The notes below the pieces were generated by a model, which saw nothing but the letters and a program-made list of their open reading frames with translations, made no database searches and had not been told where the DNA came from. A DNA stretch of 11,026 bases from an uncultured Nitrososphaerota archaeon (GTDB lineage Archaea; Asgardarchaeota; Njordarchaeia; Njordarchaeales; Panguiarchaeaceae), in NCBI GenBank assembly GCA_964636085.1, contig CAZWPQ010000050.1, forward strand, positions 1 through 11,026, in the 5' to 3' direction. Shown in pieces: positions 7,633 through 11,026 of this stretch (within the stretch, counting starts at the first letter, position 1; each line of letters begins with the position of its first letter). Made by a program: the position numbers and the translations under genes.

Positions 7633-7870
7633 TCCTGAGATCCTTCAAAAGGTGGAGCACTTTTTCATCGCTCTCTACCTCTCTAATTGCTTTATCAACT
7701 ATTTTCTCTCCAGCTCTGACAAATATTTCACTTGGAGGCTCAGAAGAAGGCTCTAGGATTATCTTTTTTCCCATGACGCTGGGCCTAATGATCGAATTTT
7801 TACCTATACCTAATTTCTTCCTAACCTTCTTAGGAATTACTATTTGACCTTTGCTAGAAACCTTCACCAA
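7622..7870 (-). CDS. vapB: AbrB/MazE/SpoVT-family antitoxin (VapB)
   Basis: VKVSSKGQIVIPKKVRKKLGI...IILEP swapped-hairpin signature; directly upstream of and overlapping vapC. The start codon is uncertain (TTG 7870). Confidence 0.92.
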   Translation of the reverse strand: MVKVSSKGQIVIPKKVRKKLGIGKNSIIRPSVMGKKIILEPSSEPPSEIFVRAGEKIVDKAIREVESDEKVLHLLKDLRIED

Positions 7871-7874
7871 AATC

Positions 7875-7930
7875 TATATGTAATACAAATATTCAATATC
7901 AACCTTACTCTGTGTCATGATTTAAACTTG
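7875..7930 (-). promoter_or_regulatory. vapBC promoter with candidate autoregulatory operator
   Basis: Minus-strand CAAG-TTTAAAT (TATA at 7926-7920). A 17-bp imperfect palindrome TATATGTAATACAAATA (7875-7891; core TGTA-A-TACA) lies between the predicted +1 and the start codon. Confidence 0.5.
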
Positions 7931-8034
7931 AGGAACCTAAATACTATCTATCCCATAAGAACTGGAAAACATATAAGTGGCTTTAAACTGGAAAATAGAC
8001 ACATTTAAGCATAATGGGTTAAAAATTATCGAAT

Positions 8035-8040
8035 AAAAAA
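8035..8040 (-). terminator. Oligo-T terminator of the beta-helix gene
   Basis: T6 on the minus strand directly after the TAG at 8045-8043. Confidence 0.5.
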
Positions 8041-8042
8041 GA

Positions 8043-10418
8043 CTAAATGGCCCACCTTTCCCTTCTCCTAACCAGTATTAATACAATAACAGCAAAAGTG
8101 ATAGCAAAAGCACCAAGCAAAACAAGGTAAACTAATCTAAATCCAGTGCCTCTCGTAGCTGTTGTGGTAGGTGTTACCGTCGCAATTATTTCTACAATTA
8201 TAGAATCAGTTCCAATATTCCCAGCCTTATCAACAGCCATTATTGTTATGTTGTGCGTTCCCTCAGTTAATTCTAGTGTGTAGTTAGTCTGTGATACAGG
8301 TATGCTTGTGTTTATAGGACTCCCATCAACATATATCTCGAAGTGGTCGATTCCAGATACTTCATCATCTCCATCCCACTCTATAGTTATAATGGGTGTG
8401 GTTATAACCTCTCCGTTTTGCGGGTAGGATATGATTATACTTGGCGGTGTTGTATCTATTGTTATCTCTATTGTATCCTCATCCATGTTTCTAGACATAT
8501 CCATGGTTCTTATAGTTATATTGTGCATTCCTTCACTGAGCGTCAATACATAGCTCGTCTGCGATGCAGGTATACTACCATTGACCAGGTTTCCATCCAC
8601 ATATATTTCGTGATGATCTATATCATTTTCAAAGTCTGTTGTATTCCACCTTAGTATTATTGTCGCTTGGTTCAATATTTCCTCTCTCGCTGGCCACATT
8701 ATTTCTGTCGTTGGTGGTGTGTCTATCGTTATTTTTCCATTGATTATCGCTACTGGATATATCAATGGGTACATATCGGGCCCATATGCCTCGTCTACTA
8801 TTCCATCTCCATTTATATCGTTTCCCTCGTGATCACTCCAATAGTTCCCCCCATAATTTGTATATGAGTCCCCTAGGTAGAAGTATGTTATTTTCTTGCG
8901 GGAGTAAAATCTATTTGGGGAGCCTTCATAGACATAATATTGTTCCATATTCTCAATGAAGTTATTCAGATATATTGTATTGTTCTGCGAATCATATATG
9001 TATATTCCATAACCCCGGCAGTGCTCTATCGTATTGTATATGATGGTGTTGTTTGAAGCAGATGTAAAAAGGGTTATGCCGGTCTCTCCGCTTAATATAT
9101 GGTTCCTAATGATGACGTTGTTAGAGACATTTTCAAGCTTTATCTCCCAGAAGCCATTCTCCTTGAGGGTGTTCCCCTCAATCGTGGTGTTTGAGGAATA
9201 GTTAGTCAAGCATATCCCGTATCGTCTGTTATTATGTATCGTGTTGTTCTCGATAATGTTTGCCGGGGATTGGATAAGATAGACTCCATAGAATAAACAT
9301 GTATAGATCGTATTATTAATGATGACATTGCCACTAGATTCCTCTTCTAAGTAGATCCCCCCTACATTGCTCCTCCGTAATATATTATCCATAATGGTAT
9401 TCTCATTAGATGATGTTAGGGCTACTTCTGGATATCCGTTGCCTTCCATTATATTACTTGCGATAGTATTGTTCGAACAATACCACAGATATACCCCGTT
9501 CATCGTGTTTCGTTTTATCGTATTGTTCGCAACAATGTTATTAGAATTCCATAGGCATATACCACTCCAGCCATTTCCCAGTATTGTGTTATTTGTGATT
9601 ATGTTTAGTTTCCCGCTGATGGCAATACCAGCATACTGGTTGCCCTCTATAAGGTTTCTCATCACCATGCTATTTTCCGAGTAGAGGCATAAAAACGCTC
9701 CGTGATGCTGATTGTTTGATATTGTATTGTTCAAGATTTTGCTTGTTGAAGCACTATCTATAAGGACTCCACTATACACGTTATCCGATATTGTGTTATT
9801 CGCAATGGTATTGTTTGAGCAATAGTATTCTGTCACTCCATACCCATTATATTGTATAATGCTGTCTGCGATAACCACTCCCGATGATGTATTTAGAAGT
9901 ACTCCATGGGAATACCATTCCTTTATCATGATGTTTCTTATTGTCACATTTGTTGCATGGTAGACATATATCCCATATTTGCTAGTCTCATTGTAGACCC
10001 CATCCAATGTATGTCCCTTTCCATCCAAGATTACATTGCTTGCATTTATATATATTCCACATTCCTTTGTGCAGTCTAATATGTTCTCCGTCAGCTCATA
10101 GTATCCTGGTTCATCAATAATCATATACCATGATAATGGTTGTCTTCCCCACATCGCTTTTAATTCTATATCCCCAAAGGATTTTTTGATTTTCACAACT
10201 GGGGATTTATTCATAAGGATATTTTCTGTCCCCGCCCAAAGCTCCAGATGCTCCCTTATTTCCGTCGCCCATGGCCTCTTATCCCCTTTTTTTCCCATGC
10301 TTCTTATTTGTATTCTTCGCATCTCTTTGTTGGATTCTTTCTCTATTTTTATCCCAACAATGCCTAGGTTCGCAATAATTAGGGCTGCCAGAATTATAAT
10401 AGCTATAGCCCTCCCCAT
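8043..10418 (-). CDS. Membrane-anchored cell-surface right-handed parallel beta-helix (NosD/CASH, PbH1 repeat) protein with two Ig-like domains
   Basis: N-terminal hydrophobic segment; IDEPGYYELTENI and NVILDGKGHTL helix cap; many ~22-23 aa GIYL..S.NNTI.NNTI..N repeats; GGNYWSD..G.DINGDGIVD motif; two DT(T)PP...IYVDG...EGxHNITI...D..GN domains; Thr-rich linker; C-terminal TM helix and RRRER tail. GGGGGG RBS and TTTAAAA at 10478-10472. Confidence 0.9.
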   Translation of the reverse strand: MGRAIAIIILAALIIANLGIVGIKIEKESNKEMRRIQIRSMGKKGDKRPWATEIREHLELWAGTENILMNKSPVVKIKKSFGDIELKAMWGRQPLSWYMIIDEPGYYELTENILDCTKECGIYINASNVILDGKGHTLDGVYNETSKYGIYVYHATNVTIRNIMIKEWYSHGVLLNTSSGVVIADSIIQYNGYGVTEYYCSNNTIANNTISDNVYSGVLIDSASTSKILNNTISNNQHHGAFLCLYSENSMVMRNLIEGNQYAGIAISGKLNIITNNTILGNGWSGICLWNSNNIVANNTIKRNTMNGVYLWYCSNNTIASNIMEGNGYPEVALTSSNENTIMDNILRRSNVGGIYLEEESSGNVIINNTIYTCLFYGVYLIQSPANIIENNTIHNNRRYGICLTNYSSNTTIEGNTLKENGFWEIKLENVSNNVIIRNHILSGETGITLFTSASNNTIIYNTIEHCRGYGIYIYDSQNNTIYLNNFIENMEQYYVYEGSPNRFYSRKKITYFYLGDSYTNYGGNYWSDHEGNDINGDGIVDEAYGPDMYPLIYPVAIINGKITIDTPPTTEIMWPAREEILNQATIILRWNTTDFENDIDHHEIYVDGNLVNGSIPASQTSYVLTLSEGMHNITIRTMDMSRNMDEDTIEITIDTTPPSIIISYPQNGEVITTPIITIEWDGDDEVSGIDHFEIYVDGSPINTSIPVSQTNYTLELTEGTHNITIMAVDKAGNIGTDSIIVEIIATVTPTTTATRGTGFRLVYLVLLGAFAITFAVIVLILVRRRERWAI
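8199..8732 (-). repeat. Intragenic tandem duplication encoding two Ig-like domains (period 267 nt / 89 aa)
   Basis: ITIDTPP starts at 8732 and ITIDTTPP at 8465. Shared IDHxEIYVDG, SIPxSQTxY and EGxHNITI. Confidence 0.85.
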
Positions 10419-10602
10419 TAGGAACCCCCCAATATTTCGGAAGGTCTTCTAAATTATAGCGACTATTTTACTTTTAAAGCTCCATGCCAATTTTTATGTA
10501 CTGACTATAATCGCAGTTTCTTAAGTTCGCTCGACCATAAGCCAACAATCCAATAGAGTCCAAGTAAGCACAAAATCACCTATAGCGCTCCGAGACAGAA
10601 TT

Positions 10603-11026
10603 CTAAGCCAAAAGCTCTAGCAGACCAAGCATAGCCTCAGGGTGAGGATACATGACAAACACTATGAACCCCCAACGAACACAAAAGTCGTTGCTGTGGC
10701 GCCACTCAGTAGCATGCCGAATGTTTCTCTTAAAGTACTCAATGGGGTTCCATAGCGTTGTTTGTCCTAGGTATGTAGGGATCGTCATATGTATAGAATA
10801 TATTTTTTCATTAGGAGGTCTAATATAGGCAATGAGACATCTTCCGACATCTCTGCCCTTGAGGTCCTCTGGGTTGTGTGGGATTTTACAAATGGAGCGG
10901 ATTATCTGGACGCTTTCTGATACGGCATTATATTGCTTCTTAAGCTCGCTCAGCACATTTGAGATTCTCATCATAAGCTTTTGAACGTCGCTGTCTTTGA
11001 TGTTTCTGAGACAGTCTATAAGATGG
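10603..11026 (-). CDS. Hypothetical protein, 5'-truncated by the window edge
   Basis: The frame stays open upstream of ATG 10974 to the edge (HLIDCLRNIKDSDVQKL-MMRIS...), giving at least 140 codons. No recognisable motif. Confidence 0.65.
   Translation of the reverse strand, partial: HLIDCLRNIKDSDVQKLMMRISNVLSELKKQYNAVSESVQIIRSICKIPHNPEDLKGRDVGRCLIAYIRPPNEKIYSIHMTIPTYLGQTTLWNPIEYFKRNIRHATEWRHSNDFCVRWGFIVFVMYPHPEAMLGLLELLA

Noticed and set aside
5155-10452. Plus-strand ORFs 5155-5472, 5962-6159, 7496-7756, 8343-8654, 8667-8867, 8765-8959, 9367-9684 and 10186-10452
   Set aside because: They are antisense to well-supported minus-strand genes and have no independent evidence.
10453-10514. Weak inverted repeats (ATTATAG/CTATAAT) around the beta-helix gene promoter
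   Set aside because: Short, AT-rich and widely spaced; cannot be distinguished from chance.
743-10590. GAGCGCTATA at 743-752 with an inverted copy at 10581-10590 as element termini
   Set aside because: Only 10 nt, within chance expectation; no transposase, integrase or target-site duplication seen.
1-11026. CRISPR array, tRNA, rRNA or intact IS element
   Set aside because: No regularly spaced repeats, cloverleaf or transposase motifs found by eye.

Overview
AT-rich archaeal window: TATA/BRE-type promoters, GGTG/GGAGG RBSs, TTG starts and short oligo-T terminators. The lineage cannot be fixed from sequence alone. Left to right it holds: (1) a GC-rich, minus-strand hairpin with a box C/D-type kink-turn (1-60, truncated by the window edge), head-to-head with a divergent DUF3800-like RNase H-fold gene (110-649); (2) a ~450 bp intergenic region; (3) an ABC-2-type ATPase, a duplicated permease and a DUF89/ARMT1-like phosphatase; (4) a small hypothetical protein; (5) on the minus strand, a membrane-embedded alpha/beta hydrolase, a disrupted archaeal P-loop ATPase (nonsense codon, frameshift and truncation), an AbrB-type VapB/VapC toxin-antitoxin pair whose toxin has an Asp-to-Asn change at a conserved PIN position, a large membrane-anchored NosD/CASH beta-helix surface protein with two Ig-like repeats, and the 3' part of an unknown gene. 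The best candidate for an undescribed system is the K-turn RNA plus DUF3800-like nuclease module. All family calls come from recognising motifs by eye; no database search was run.
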